Part shown: positions 20,912 to 31,952 of the stretch, one piece after another
Layout of the letters: each line of letters opens with the position of its first letter
Numbering within the stretch: the first letter of the stretch is position 1
Assembly (NCBI GenBank): GCA_963785905.1
Contig: CAWAXJ010000025.1
Span: 7,451-71,450 of the forward strand
Direction: 5' to 3'
Length of the DNA: 64,000 nt
Source: an uncultured Nitrospirales bacterium
GTDB lineage: Bacteria; Nitrospirota; Nitrospiria; Nitrospirales; UBA8639
The notes under the pieces: model-generated
Databases searched by the model: none
Seen by the model: the letters and a program-made list of their open reading frames with translations, nothing else
What the model was told of the DNA's origin: nothing
Program-made: the position numbers and the translations under genes

Positions 20912-22003
20912 ATGGCTCAATCAGAAAAGACAGTCCGTTTGCAAAAAATCATCTCCCGTTCGGGCATCACGTCCAGACGAAAGGCTGAGGAACTCATTCG
21001 ACATGGTCTGGTCACCGTCAATGGGGAAACGGTTATGACCTTAGGGACTAAAGTCGATCCGGTGGTTGACCATATTAAGGTCAATGGGCGCCACCTCAAG
21101 TCTCAACCACCCGATATGTTCCTCATGCTCAATAAGCCCTTGGGATATATCTCCACGTTACACGATCCCGCCGGTCGCCCGACCATCAAAGCCTTAGTCC
21201 CTAAACCCTCTTTACGCTTATTTCCCGTTGGGCGATTGGACTATGATAGTGAAGGCTTACTTCTCCTCACCAATAACGGCGATATTGCGCAAGCCTGTCT
21301 TCACCCCGCGCACCATGTTCCTAAAACGTACCTCGTGAAAATTAAGGGCATCCTGGAAGATACCGAAATTCAACAACTTCGACATGGGTTGATGTTGGAA
21401 GATGGGCCCACGGCCCCCGCGAAAGTCAAAAAGGCCGGGAAGGCTGAAGCCAATTCCTGGGTGGAAATAACGATCCATGAGGGACGCAAACACCAAGTCA
21501 AACGCATGTTTGAGCAGATTGGCCATCCCGTGATCCGGTTGAAACGTGTTCAGTTTGGGCCACTGAATCTTGGGACCCTTCCTCCAGGGCAGACCCGGTA
21601 TTTGACGGATAAGGAGGCAAACGACTTACGCCATTTGCTCATTGCACCTGAAACTCCACGCCTGCCAAAACGCGAACCGATCAGGAATACGAGAAAATTT
21701 TCTCCTTCGACACTTGCGGCTCCCTTACGACCTCGCCCCGCAAAATTGAACTCCATCAGAAGCAAGAGCACGCCATCGCCATTGGGACGAACAGCCCAAG
21801 CAAAACCACACTGGCCAAAACGCCCACCGAAGAATATGGGTAAATTTTCTCCTTCAACACTTGCGGCTCCCTTACGGCCACGCCTCGCAAAGCCGAACCC
21901 CGTCAGAAGGAAGAAAACACAATCGCCTTCTGGAACGACCGGCCAGACACAACCACGCCGGCAGCCCGTAACATCCAGAACCCGCGTCAACATCAAACCT
22001 TGA
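20912..22003 (+). CDS. rluB: rRNA pseudouridine synthase (RluB/RsuA family) with long basic C-tail
   Basis: S4 domain RLQKIIS..SRRKAE, catalytic VGRLD, EGRKHQVKRM. Confidence 0.88.
   Translation: MAQSEKTVRLQKIISRSGITSRRKAEELIRHGLVTVNGETVMTLGTKVDPVVDHIKVNGRHLKSQPPDMFLMLNKPLGYISTLHDPAGRPTIKALVPKPSLRLFPVGRLDYDSEGLLLLTNNGDIAQACLHPAHHVPKTYLVKIKGILEDTEIQQLRHGLMLEDGPTAPAKVKKAGKAEANSWVEITIHEGRKHQVKRMFEQIGHPVIRLKRVQFGPLNLGTLPPGQTRYLTDKEANDLRHLLIAPETPRLPKREPIRNTRKFSPSTLAAPLRPRPAKLNSIRSKSTPSPLGRTAQAKPHWPKRPPKNMGKFSPSTLAAPLRPRLAKPNPVRRKKTQSPSGTTGQTQPRRQPVTSRTRVNIKP
21664..21960 (+). repeat. Tandem ~147-bp (49-codon) duplication inside the RluB tail
   Basis: AAATTTTCTCCTTC(G/A)ACACTTGCGGCTCCCTTACG at 21695 and 21842; peptide KFSPSTLAAPLRPR occurs twice. 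Confidence 0.9.
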
Positions 22004-22070
22004 GCATTCAGCAATTCTCAGTTTTATATTTTCCCGTCACAAATTGTCAGGTGTTGGAAAGGACCTTACG

Positions 22071-23858
22071 GTGAAACGATCCCATCATTGCGGCGAACTC
22101 TCCTTGGCACAAATTGGCCAAACCGTGACACTGGCCGGCTGGGTCGCCAGCCGCCGTGACCATGGCGGAGTGATGTTTATAGATCTCCGAGATCGCTATG
22201 GCCTCACGCAGATCGTCTTTGACTCAGATCAGCATCCCACCGTGCATCAGATGGCCGATCGCCTCCGCAATGAATATGTGGTGACCGTCACAGGTATGGT
22301 GACGGCACGCCCCGATGGATCCGCCAACCCCCACATCCCGACTGGGGCCATAGAGATTAAGGCCAACGAGTTGGTGATTCTCAATGAAGCCAAACCCCTT
22401 CCTTTTCCGCTCGACGATAGCGTGACACCCTCTGAGACCCTTCGGTTAAAGCACCGTTATCTGGACCTTCGTCGCCCGAAAATGCAAGAACTCCTTCAAC
22501 TGCGCAGCCAGGTCTCGCAGGTCGTGCGGCAATATTTTCACGACAAGCAGTTTATAGAAGTGGAAACACCGATCTTAACGAAAAGTACTCCAGAAGGCGC
22601 ACGGGATTATCTCGTGCCCAGTCGAGTCAACCCAGGAGAATTTTTCGCCCTTCCACAATCCCCGCAACTCTTCAAGCAGATTCTCATGATCGGAGGAACT
22701 GACCGATATTTCCAAATTGCCCGATGCTTCCGCGATGAAGACCTGCGACTGGATCGCCAACCGGAATTCACACAAATCGATGTGGAAATGTCTTTCGTCG
22801 ATCAGGAAGATATCATGCAATTGATCGAACAGATGGTCAGATTAGTCTTCAAAGAGACCAAAAATATTGATCTTCCTTCTCCACTGCCTCGTCTGTCCTT
22901 TGAGGAGGCCATGGGACGATATGGGACGGATAAACCGGATCTTCGGTTTGATCTGCAGTTACAAGACCTGAGTCAATTTGCCAAAACCTGCGACTTTAAA
23001 GTCTTTCGAAGTGCGGTAGAAAGCGGAGGGATGCTCAAAGCCCTTGTCATTCCCGGTGGAAACTCTTTTACTCGAAACCGGATAGACAACCTTATTGATA
23101 CGGCAAAAGAATTTGGAGCCAAGGGTTTAGCCTGGGTCAAAATAAACGAAGAGGGTGATCTGGATTCCTCTATTGCCAAATTCTTTAATGCTCAAGCCCT
23201 ACGTGAGGCGCTTCCGAAAGCACAACCCGGCGACCTGGTCATTTTTGTCGCGGATTCGTCAACAACCGTCCATCAGGTCTTAGGCCGTATTCGACTCCTC
23301 ATGGGCGACGAACTTCAATTAGTGGACCGAAACCGGTGGGAACCCTTGTGGGTTGTGGACTTTCCCATGTTTGAATATGACGAGACCGCGAAACGATACG
23401 TCGCCCTACACCATCCCTTCACGGCTCCTCACCCAAAAGACCTACCGCATCTGGAAACCGATCCGCTACAGGTTCGAACACAAGCCTATGATCTGGTCTT
23501 GAATGGCTTTGAATTAGGGGGAGGCAGTATTCGGATCCATGCGCCGCAGATCCAGTCAAAAGTCTTTGACTTACTCAACATCTCCAAAACGGATGCTCGA
23601 GAGAAATTCGGGTTTCTTTTGGATGCCCTGGAATCAGGGGCCCCTCCCCATGGGGGCATTGCATTGGGGTTAGATCGACTGGTGATGTTGCTCGGAAAAA
23701 CGGAATCAATTCGGGAAGTCATCCCGTTTCCCAAAACGCAGAAGGCTCAATGCCTGATGACCGAAGCCCCCTCCCCGGTCACACCGGAACAACTCATCGA
23801 ACTCTCTATCCGCACGACAGCCAAAAAATCTGGACAATCCCTTGTAACAGACTGCTGA
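22071..23858 (+). CDS. aspS: Aspartate-tRNA ligase
   Basis: RRDHGG..FIDLRD, PEGARDY, LPQSPQLFKQ, GAPPHGGIALGLDR; GTG start after AAGGA. Confidence 0.97.
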   Translation: MKRSHHCGELSLAQIGQTVTLAGWVASRRDHGGVMFIDLRDRYGLTQIVFDSDQHPTVHQMADRLRNEYVVTVTGMVTARPDGSANPHIPTGAIEIKANELVILNEAKPLPFPLDDSVTPSETLRLKHRYLDLRRPKMQELLQLRSQVSQVVRQYFHDKQFIEVETPILTKSTPEGARDYLVPSRVNPGEFFALPQSPQLFKQILMIGGTDRYFQIARCFRDEDLRLDRQPEFTQIDVEMSFVDQEDIMQLIEQMVRLVFKETKNIDLPSPLPRLSFEEAMGRYGTDKPDLRFDLQLQDLSQFAKTCDFKVFRSAVESGGMLKALVIPGGNSFTRNRIDNLIDTAKEFGAKGLAWVKINEEGDLDSSIAKFFNAQALREALPKAQPGDLVIFVADSSTTVHQVLGRIRLLMGDELQLVDRNRWEPLWVVDFPMFEYDETAKRYVALHHPFTAPHPKDLPHLETDPLQVRTQAYDLVLNGFELGGGSIRIHAPQIQSKVFDLLNISKTDAREKFGFLLDALESGAPPHGGIALGLDRLVMLLGKTESIREVIPFPKTQKAQCLMTEAPSPVTPEQLIELSIRTTAKKSGQSLVTDC

Positions 23859-23929
23859 AACCTGCTCAATTTTTAAATTTTGGAAAACGCCCCTCTAGTC
23901 ACCAGTTTGCACTGCCTATCACATACAAC

Positions 23930-24055
23930 GCAGGATGTTCAAAAAGGCTAGTCCAGCTAGGCCGCACGATACGAGGACCCGAGACGTACAAGCGGTTACG
24001 GTGAGGGGTTGAGCAGGTAGAATGCCGGCGACGGCCTTTTTCATTATTCTGCTAG
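23930..24055 (+). mobile_element. MITE-like palindromic element, copy 1
   Basis: Imperfect TIRs GCAGGATGTTCAAAAAGGC / GCCTTTTTCATTATTCTGC, ends in CTAG; shares GTCCA..AGGCCGCA..CGTA..GAA.GC core with copies at 48.8 and 60.7 kb. Confidence 0.7.
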
Positions 24056-25083
24056 GCTTTCAGCACGTCCAGCACAATAGAATGTAGCCCCGTCGCTCCG
24101 GCTGGTTGGGGCCTTGTGATTTCAGACGTTTGGACCTTTCCCTTGGTATCGATCGCCCGGACAAACACCATGTGCTTTCCTGCCTTTGGCGGACTCCAGT
24201 CATAATTCCAGATCACCCAGGTCAACGGAGAAAGCGGGGGTTCAATTTCGGCAGACACCCAGGTTTTCTCCTGATCAAAACTGAGCTGAACCTCGCGGAT
24301 GCTCTCCGGCCCCCCATAGGCAATTCCGCGCATGCGTTGTCGAGGACCTTCTAAAGATTGATAATGACCGGGGCTATCGATGCGGGAAAAGATATGAATT
24401 CTCCCGTCATCCGTCCACCCTTTTTGCTGCCAATATCCCTGATAGTCTCCATTGTAAACTTCAATTTCCGTAATCCACTTCACATTTTTTATGCCATACA
24501 GCCCTGGGACAATTAAACGAACCGGAAATCCATGACCTTTGGGAAGTTTTTCTCCATTCATGAGATAGGCCAACATGACATCATCTTCCATGGCCCGGGA
24601 GAAAGGAATGCTATCGTGATACCCGTCTGACGCTCGAAAAATCACATCGCGAGCCGTTTCATCATCCGCCCCGACATCGATCAGAAGTTTCTTCAGGGAT
24701 ATCCCTCGCCACATGGCGTTCCCCAAACTACTCCCCCCAGGAAGTGTGTCAATACACATCAGGGTGGCAGCCTGATCAAAGGACTCCCGGTTGAGTAGAT
24801 CGCGCCATTTCATGACCAAGGGGCTTTGCACCGAGCCTTTGACCACCATTTTCCACTGCTCAACGTCCAAATCGCGCGTAAAATTGTAAGAGGCATCCAT
24901 AAAATTCACGGTATAAAATTTATCGTTTGGGGTAAAATACACCGTCTCCCGTGGAGGCACCGCAAACATTTTCCCCATATCGCATCCAGGAAGACCGAGG
25001 CCGAGCGAAGCCAGACCCCCGAGCTTAAACAGGGCCCGACGAGACAGAGGAAAAGAAAATGGAGAATGGTGGGTAAATGGCAT
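24052..25083 (-). CDS. Sulfite-oxidase-family molybdopterin oxidoreductase, Tat-exported lipoprotein
   Basis: SRRALFK twin-Arg, LPGC lipobox, Mo-ligand Cys (TLMCID), HGFPVRLIVPGLYGIKNVKW, C-terminal dimerisation domain. Confidence 0.88.
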   Translation of the reverse strand: MPFTHHSPFSFPLSRRALFKLGGLASLGLGLPGCDMGKMFAVPPRETVYFTPNDKFYTVNFMDASYNFTRDLDVEQWKMVVKGSVQSPLVMKWRDLLNRESFDQAATLMCIDTLPGGSSLGNAMWRGISLKKLLIDVGADDETARDVIFRASDGYHDSIPFSRAMEDDVMLAYLMNGEKLPKGHGFPVRLIVPGLYGIKNVKWITEIEVYNGDYQGYWQQKGWTDDGRIHIFSRIDSPGHYQSLEGPRQRMRGIAYGGPESIREVQLSFDQEKTWVSAEIEPPLSPLTWVIWNYDWSPPKAGKHMVFVRAIDTKGKVQTSEITRPQPAGATGLHSIVLDVLKA

Positions 25084-25180
25084 AGACTTTAAATTTATTA
25101 TCCAATATCCTTACTACCATGACAAGTTCTACCCTAAATCCAAACCCACGGTGTCGTAAAACAATCGAAGGAGAAATTTG

Positions 25181-26194
25181 ATGAGGATATTCATTACGGG
25201 AGGGGCCGGCTTTTTGGGCAGCCATTTATGTGAAACCCTTATCCATCAAAGGCATACGGTCATCTGCTTGGATAATTTAATTACCGGCCGAACAGAAAAT
25301 ATTGCCGCATTAATGGGAAACCCTAAGTTCTCATTTATCCATTATAATGTATGCGATTATCTGCATGTTGACGGGCCTCTCGATGCCGTCATGCATTTTG
25401 CTTCCCCGGCGAGCCCCCAAGACTATTTGGAATTTCCTATCGCCACCATGAAAGTGGGAGCATTAGGCACCCACAAAGCATTGGGATTGGCCAAGGCCAA
25501 AGAGGCGCGTTTTCTCCTAGCCAGCACATCAGAAGTCTATGGAGACCCGCTGGTCAATCCTCAGCCAGAAACCTATTGGGGCAACGTCAATCCCATTAGT
25601 CCGCGTGGAGTATATGACGAAGCCAAGCGATTTGCGGAAGCCTTAACCACCGCCTACCATCGGTTTCACGGTCTCGATACCAGAATTGTTCGAATATTTA
25701 ATACCTTTGGCCCGCGGATGCGCCCGAAGGATGGGCGGGTTGTGTCCAACTTTATCGTACAAGCCCTGCAGGGCCAACCGCTCACCGTCTATGGCGAAGG
25801 TAACCAGACACGCAGCTTCTGTTACGTCGATGACCTGGTCGCGGGAATCGTGGCTCTTCTCCAGGCCCCGGAAGATGAACTTCGAAAAAACCAACAATTT
25901 CAAGACTCAGTACGTTTTGGAAGAACTCAGGCCAATCTGGGATCCATCCATGATCCGGTCAACATCGGCAATCCACAAGAACTCACCGTCCTGGACATCG
26001 CCAAAACCGTGCTCACCCTCACAAATTCATCCAGCAAGATCACCCACCACGACCTGCCTATCGATGACCCGAAAGTACGGCGCCCAAATATTGAGAAAGC
26101 AAAAACCCTTCTCAAATGGGAACCGCAGGTTACCTTGGAACAGGGTCTTGAGAAAACGATCGCCTATTTTCGTTCGCTTCCCAACCTCGGGTAG
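25181..26194 (+). CDS. UDP-glucuronate decarboxylase-like NAD-dependent epimerase/dehydratase
   Basis: [42 protein letters not shown]. Confidence 0.92.
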   Translation: MRIFITGGAGFLGSHLCETLIHQRHTVICLDNLITGRTENIAALMGNPKFSFIHYNVCDYLHVDGPLDAVMHFASPASPQDYLEFPIATMKVGALGTHKALGLAKAKEARFLLASTSEVYGDPLVNPQPETYWGNVNPISPRGVYDEAKRFAEALTTAYHRFHGLDTRIVRIFNTFGPRMRPKDGRVVSNFIVQALQGQPLTVYGEGNQTRSFCYVDDLVAGIVALLQAPEDELRKNQQFQDSVRFGRTQANLGSIHDPVNIGNPQELTVLDIAKTVLTLTNSSSKITHHDLPIDDPKVRRPNIEKAKTLLKWEPQVTLEQGLEKTIAYFRSLPNLG

Positions 26195-26553
26195 CGAGAC
26201 CGCAATGAGCCACTCCATTCGGAGTGGTTCAAAATTTAGATCTCCGAAGGAAAAACATTAACCATGCCATTGGGGCCCCTGTTAAACGGAGGGCTTGCCC
26301 GCTCCGACGGCGCATGGGAACTTATTGGACAAATGTTCTAACCCCCTTATTGAAATTTGGCCGCGGATTGCGTAACGCATATCAGGATGCCAGAAAAAAC
26401 GATCAAAAATCAGATCAATTTTTCTCGTCTTCCTTTCCGTGAGATACCTCCTCCCTTGTTCCGTGTCATGAATGGGCATACGATACTGCCTGGGAAAAAA
26501 TTTTGGGGAACCCTTCTTTGTGTATACCCATTTTTCTAACAAGGGGGTGGATC

Positions 26554-26847
26554 ATGCCAACCTTTATTTCACTGTTCGTGTGGACGGAACAAGGTGTTCA
26601 TGATGTGGTCAACACGGGCAAACGTGCGGCGGATTTTAGAAGTTCGATTCAAGCGGCTGGAGGGTCGGTCAAAAACATTTACTGGACAATGGGCCGGTAT
26701 GACGGGGTCATTGTTTTCGACGCCCCCGATGATGCCACGGCCGCTGCCGTGATGATGGGAGGCTGCGCGAAAGGGAATATTCGCTCAGAAACTCTGCGAG
26801 CCTTTACTGAAAATGAAATCGAGGGAGTGTTAGAGAAGATTACATGA
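26554..26847 (+). CDS. GYD domain protein
   Basis: MPTFISL..WTEQG...YWTMGRYD...SETLRAF. Confidence 0.85.
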   Translation: MPTFISLFVWTEQGVHDVVNTGKRAADFRSSIQAAGGSVKNIYWTMGRYDGVIVFDAPDDATAAAVMMGGCAKGNIRSETLRAFTENEIEGVLEKIT

Positions 26848-26867
26848 ATAGGGATCTGGGCAAAAAA

Positions 26868-27132
26868 CTATTTAACGCAATAGTCCCGGCTTTCCTGCAC
26901 ATAGGTCCGGAAGGGATCGGCCATGACAAACACGGAGTTCCCCCGGATTTGTAAGACCGACCAGCTGATGACATAGGGTGGCATACGACGGTGCTCGCCG
27001 GTTCTCATGCTCCTCATCAAGATCCGGCCAGGGTTTATTCGCTAAATGCCGGATGACTTCGGCGCGACCAAACGCACGAGTATTGCGTGGTGGCTGCCGT
27101 TTTGCCAAATCGATCAAATCATTCGTCGTGAA
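26868..27132 (-). pseudogene. Duplicated 3' fragment of pafA (direct-repeat copy A)
   Basis: 26875-27132 aligns with 34531-34788; encodes FTTNDLIDLAKRQPPRNTRAFGR...DPFRTYVQESRDYCVK*. Confidence 0.88.
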
Positions 27133-27222
27133 GTTTGAGTCTTCTTCAATTGATCGGAGTCAAAGCCCCGGCCACACCCACCGCTCTTCTCAATCCAAAA
27201 TTGATTCCAGTAGACACGGCGC

Positions 27223-28653
27223 TTATTTCCATCCTCCCCCCAATGCCTTGTAAATTTTTACGGTTGCTATTCGTAGTTGTTTGGAAAAATTGATTAATTC
27301 GAGATTAGATTGCAAGGCATTCCTTTGTGCAATGAGCACCTCTAGGTAGTTTGCCCTGCCATATTTATATAGCAGGCCGGATGTTTCAACTGACTGTTGT
27401 AACACTTCGTTTTGTTGCTTTTTCAGAGTATTGATTTTTTGCAAATTATTAATATTGGAGAGTTCATTGAACACTTCAACATAGGCGTTCAAAATGGTTT
27501 TCTGATAATGATGCATGGCGGTCAATTGATGGGCTTCGGCATTGTTGAACTGTGCTTCTAACGCATTCCTATTTATGAGCGGTGCAACTAATGTCCCTAC
27601 AGCGGTATAGGCGATTGAGGCAGGCGCCATAAATAAAAAATCAGGATTGAATGCCTGAAAACCAAAACTTGCCGTAATATTAAAGCTTGGGAAAAAAGCG
27701 GCCTTGGCCACTTTCAAATCGAACTTGCTGGCTTCAACCTGAAATTCTGCTTCACGTACATCGGGGCGGTTTGCCAATAATTGTGAAGGAACACCCGCTG
27801 TAATTTTATGTGGAATTCCTGAAAAATATTGGCCTTTCATTCGTTCAATGGGTTGAGGATAGCGCCCTAACAGAAAGTTAATGTGATTTTCAGTCACGGT
27901 AATTTGCTGCAAGACCTCTTTTTCCAAGATACGGGTATTGAGCACTTGAGCCTTAAAAAGTTCCACGGCTAATTCTGTTGCCCTTCCAACTTCCTTCTGC
28001 ACTTGAATCACCTCCAACGATTCGTACTGTGTATGGAGGGTTTGCCTGATGATGTCCAATTCATTATCCAAGGCCCGTAATTCGTTATAATAAATGGCCA
28101 CATCGGCTACAAGATTTGAAACGACAAAGCTCGTTCCTTCGATACTGGCCAGAAATTTTGAAATTGCTGAACTGCGCTGGTCTTGCAACTTGCCCCAAAT
28201 ATCAACTTCCCAAGAGGACTGTAAGCCCACAAAGAGATCAGGCAAATTGGTGGGAACGGTTTGACCGGGAGTAATGTCGGTCGTAGCGTTCCCTGCCCCG
28301 TCCATGGTGTAACGTCCGAATCTGCGAATACCGGTTCCCACATTCAACCCAATTGTGGGCATCAGGTCACCGGTGGCCGCTCTGACACTTGAACGCGAAA
28401 TTTCAATTCGCTGTAACGCCATTTGCAAATCAATGTTATTGCGTATGGCGGTATCAATTAACGTGTGCAGAAGCGGATCGACAAAGTAGTCTTTCCATTG
28501 GATGTCAGCAATATTCGTGGTATCTTGTGTTTTTGAAAAACTTTCAGGTATGTCATTTTCAAAAATGGCCAAGTCGGTATGAAGCCCTAGGCAACCACTG
28601 AAAGTTACAACCATGAACGAAATAATAAGGCTGAAAAACATTTTACTTTTCAT
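27223..28653 (-). CDS. Outer-membrane efflux lipoprotein (NodT/OprM/TolC family)
   Basis: FSGC lipobox, WKDYFVDPLLHTLIDTAIRNNIDL, SWEVDIWGKL, LLANRPDV, YKALGGGW. Confidence 0.93.
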   Translation of the reverse strand: MKSKMFFSLIISFMVVTFSGCLGLHTDLAIFENDIPESFSKTQDTTNIADIQWKDYFVDPLLHTLIDTAIRNNIDLQMALQRIEISRSSVRAATGDLMPTIGLNVGTGIRRFGRYTMDGAGNATTDITPGQTVPTNLPDLFVGLQSSWEVDIWGKLQDQRSSAISKFLASIEGTSFVVSNLVADVAIYYNELRALDNELDIIRQTLHTQYESLEVIQVQKEVGRATELAVELFKAQVLNTRILEKEVLQQITVTENHINFLLGRYPQPIERMKGQYFSGIPHKITAGVPSQLLANRPDVREAEFQVEASKFDLKVAKAAFFPSFNITASFGFQAFNPDFLFMAPASIAYTAVGTLVAPLINRNALEAQFNNAEAHQLTAMHHYQKTILNAYVEVFNELSNINNLQKINTLKKQQNEVLQQSVETSGLLYKYGRANYLEVLIAQRNALQSNLELINFSKQLRIATVKIYKALGGGWK

Positions 28654-28717
28654 GGGGTATGCGGGAAGGGCTAAAAAATTAATGGAAATTCGATCCGGCA
28701 CCCTGGCGAGTAAGAGG

Positions 28718-31700
28718 CTATTGCAATTTCGGCACACTGTGTGAAAGTTTACAACGAGACTTGAAACTCAAACGGGCAGGCTCACCTGCTTTTAATCCTT
28801 CTTCACTATTGTGTCTATCTCCCATAGAGGCAAAAATCACATATAGACCAGGGATGAGAATCACTCCGAAAACTGTCCCAAAAAACATTCCTCCCGCCGC
28901 CGCCGAACCGATGGTATTGTTTCCAATCTCCCCTGCACCCGAGGCAAACATGAGGGGAAGGAGACCAGCAATGAACGCAAAAGATGTCATCAATATAGGG
29001 CGCAAACGAAGTGCAGCCCCTTCAATGGCCGCTTCAAAGGGTGTTTTCCCCAGTTTCTGCTGCAATATAGCAAATTCGATGATCAGAATGGCATTTTTAC
29101 CGAGAATGCCGATTAACATGATCATCGCTATTTGAGCGTAAATATTATTTTCCAATCCCATAATAAACAGAAAAAATAAGGCGCCGAATATTCCAATGGG
29201 CAGGGAAAGAATAACCGGCATGGGCATCAGAAAACTCTCATATTGTGCGGCGAGGAGCAGGTACACGAATAACAGGCAAATCAGAAAAATATACATGGCC
29301 TGATTACCCATATGAGCCTGATCCCGGGATGACCCTGCCCAATCGTAACCAAAACCTTTCGGCAATTTAGTGGCAGCCACCTCTTTGATTGCTGCTATAG
29401 CCTGGCCGCTGCTGTACCCTCTTGCAGGCTGTCCATTGATCATGGCTGAGGGGTACATGTTGTAACGCGTCACCTGTTCAGGACCATAAATTTTTTCAAC
29501 GCGAAGAAAAGAAGAAAAGTGAACCATTTCCCCTGTGTCATTTTTGATATATAACTTCATCAGGTCGTCAGGTTCTGCACGAAATTCGGGAAGCGCCTGT
29601 ACCATGACTTTATACATCTGGCCGAAACGGATGAAGTTGGTCGCATACACACTGCCAATCAGTGCTTGAAGGGTATTCATCGCATTCTCAGCCGTGATTC
29701 CCTTTTGAGCAGCCTTATCACCATCAATGTGGAGCATAAACTGAGGAAAACGTGCATTGAATGTGGTAAAAGCATTCGCGATTTCCGGCCGTTTATTGAG
29801 TTCTTCGACAAAGTCATCAGCCGTTTTTTGCAATTCCTCAAGGGTGCCCGAACCGGTTTTGTCTAACAACCGCATTTCAAAGCCACTGGAATTCCCATAA
29901 CCCGGCACGGGTGGAGGGGTAAAAAATTCAATGCTTGCATCTTTAATATGTTTGGTTTTTTCTTCAAGAACGCTGATAATGTCCCTATCAGAGGCGATTC
30001 GTTCATTCCAATTTTTTAAACTGATCAGATTCATTCCATAGACGGCACCCGTACCTTCAGACAGTATGCTGAACCCGGCAAGACTTGAAACGGAGGTAAC
30101 GTCATCTACACCTGAGGCAATACGTTGCACCTCATCCACAACTTTTTCCGTGCGTTCAAGAGTCGCGCCGGTCTGGGCGGTGACATTGGCATAGATCGTC
30201 CCTTGGTCTTCATTAGGAATAAAACCCGAGGGAACAAGTGCCCCGATCAAACCGGCCCCCACCGAAAAAACAAGCAGGATCCCAAAGGTGATAATCCTTC
30301 TGTTCGCAATCGCGCTGATAAGTTTTTTATAGTTATCCGAAAGATTGCCATACCATTGATTGAACCCATCAAATATTTTCTGCAGTCTCGACCTTTCAGG
30401 GTGTTCGACAGCATGGGTATTTTTAAGAAAGACCGCACAAAGCGCAGGGGTCAAAGTAAGCGCGGTTATCCCGGAGAGGACAATAGAACATGCCATGGTG
30501 AGAGAAAACTGTTTGTAAAAAATTCCTGTTGGGCCATCCATAAACGCTACGGGCAGAAACACGGCCGACATGACCAGCGTAATGGCAATAATGGCCCCGC
30601 TAATTTCATGCATGGCTTGTTCCGTGGCTTGTTGGGCGCCAATGCCTGAATCCTCCATTTTGGCATGAACGGCTTCAATCACCACGATCGCATTATCGAC
30701 TACAATACCTATAGCAAGAACCAACGCAAATAGTGTGATGAGATTAAGAGAAAACCCCATCATTTGCATGAAAAACAATGTACCGACCAGCGATACAGGT
30801 ACGGCCAGAATGGGAATGATGGTGAGCCGTACATTCTGCAAAAAGATAAACACCACCAAGGACACCAGGAAAAATGCTTCCAGCAGGGTTGTCATGACTT
30901 GAAAAATAGACGCATCCAGAAACTTAGACACATCGTAACTTAGGCTATATTCCATCCCTGGAGGAAAAGACGTTGATTTAATTTCCTCCATTTTCGTTTT
31001 GATCTTTTCGATCACCTCCTGGGCATTACTGCCCGGGCGCTGTTTTAACACAATAGCAGCAGAGGCTTGCCCGTTCTCCTTGGAAAGAACCCCATAATCC
31101 TGGGAATCGAAATCAATTTCCGCGACATCTTTGAGCCGCAAAATTTCCCCACCATCCGTACTACTTAACACAAGTTCTTCATAGGCTTCCTTTGTATTGT
31201 GCTTGCCGGCATATTTCAACACGTACTGAAGGGCTTGCGCATTTCTTTCCTTACCTGAGCTTTCGCCGATTTTACCCGGCGCGGCCTCTACATTCTGCGC
31301 TTGTAATTTTTCGATAACCTCAAGAGCCGAAAGGTTGTACATGACCAATTCATTGGGCTTCAACCACACACGAATCGCGTATTCCCTTGACCCCATAATC
31401 TCCGCAAAACCTACACCATCTATTCTTTTCAGCTCCTTCAGGACATTGATGTCAGTAAAATTGTAAAGAAATTTTTCGTCTACCGTTGGATCCTGACTGA
31501 GTATGTTGATATACAACAACATACTGTTTTGTACCTTCTCTACGATCACTCCGGATTTAATAGCCTCTGGGGGCAATTCCTCCAAAGCGGAAGCCACTCT
31601 GTTTTGAACATTCACTGCGGCTATTTCCGGGTCAGTGCCGACCTTAAAAATAATCTGAATAATGCTCTTGCCATCATTGCCGGAAACGGACGACATATAG

Positions 31701-31927
31701 GCCATACCGGCGACACCATTAATGGCTCGTTCGAGTGGTGTCACAACCGCTTTGACCACAGCTTCGGCATTCGCACCAATAAAGTTTGTTGTCACATTGA
31801 CTTCGGGAGGAGTAATCTCGGGAAACTGAGTGACAGGAAGCTGAGTAAAGGACAACAATCCCAGCAATGTGATGAAAAGAGATATGACAATGGAAAGCAC
31901 CGGACGATGAATAAAAATAGCCAACAT
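28718..31927 (-). CDS. RND efflux permease (HAE1, AcrB-like)
   Basis: FIHRPV, LPVTQFP, AIGIVVDNAIVVIE, GILGKNAILIIEFA, RLRPILMTS. Confidence 0.96.
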   Translation of the reverse strand: MLAIFIHRPVLSIVISLFITLLGLLSFTQLPVTQFPEITPPEVNVTTNFIGANAEAVVKAVVTPLERAINGVAGMAYMSSVSGNDGKSIIQIIFKVGTDPEIAAVNVQNRVASALEELPPEAIKSGVIVEKVQNSMLLYINILSQDPTVDEKFLYNFTDINVLKELKRIDGVGFAEIMGSREYAIRVWLKPNELVMYNLSALEVIEKLQAQNVEAAPGKIGESSGKERNAQALQYVLKYAGKHNTKEAYEELVLSSTDGGEILRLKDVAEIDFDSQDYGVLSKENGQASAAIVLKQRPGSNAQEVIEKIKTKMEEIKSTSFPPGMEYSLSYDVSKFLDASIFQVMTTLLEAFFLVSLVVFIFLQNVRLTIIPILAVPVSLVGTLFFMQMMGFSLNLITLFALVLAIGIVVDNAIVVIEAVHAKMEDSGIGAQQATEQAMHEISGAIIAITLVMSAVFLPVAFMDGPTGIFYKQFSLTMACSIVLSGITALTLTPALCAVFLKNTHAVEHPERSRLQKIFDGFNQWYGNLSDNYKKLISAIANRRIITFGILLVFSVGAGLIGALVPSGFIPNEDQGTIYANVTAQTGATLERTEKVVDEVQRIASGVDDVTSVSSLAGFSILSEGTGAVYGMNLISLKNWNERIASDRDIISVLEEKTKHIKDASIEFFTPPPVPGYGNSSGFEMRLLDKTGSGTLEELQKTADDFVEELNKRPEIANAFTTFNARFPQFMLHIDGDKAAQKGITAENAMNTLQALIGSVYATNFIRFGQMYKVMVQALPEFRAEPDDLMKLYIKNDTGEMVHFSSFLRVEKIYGPEQVTRYNMYPSAMINGQPARGYSSGQAIAAIKEVAATKLPKGFGYDWAGSSRDQAHMGNQAMYIFLICLLFVYLLLAAQYESFLMPMPVILSLPIGIFGALFFLFIMGLENNIYAQIAMIMLIGILGKNAILIIEFAILQQKLGKTPFEAAIEGAALRLRPILMTSFAFIAGLLPLMFASGAGEIGNNTIGSAAAGGMFFGTVFGVILIPGLYVIFASMGDRHNSEEGLKAGEPARLSFKSRCKLSHSVPKLQ

Positions 31928-31952
31928 ATATATCTATGCTCTTCTTAGAACT

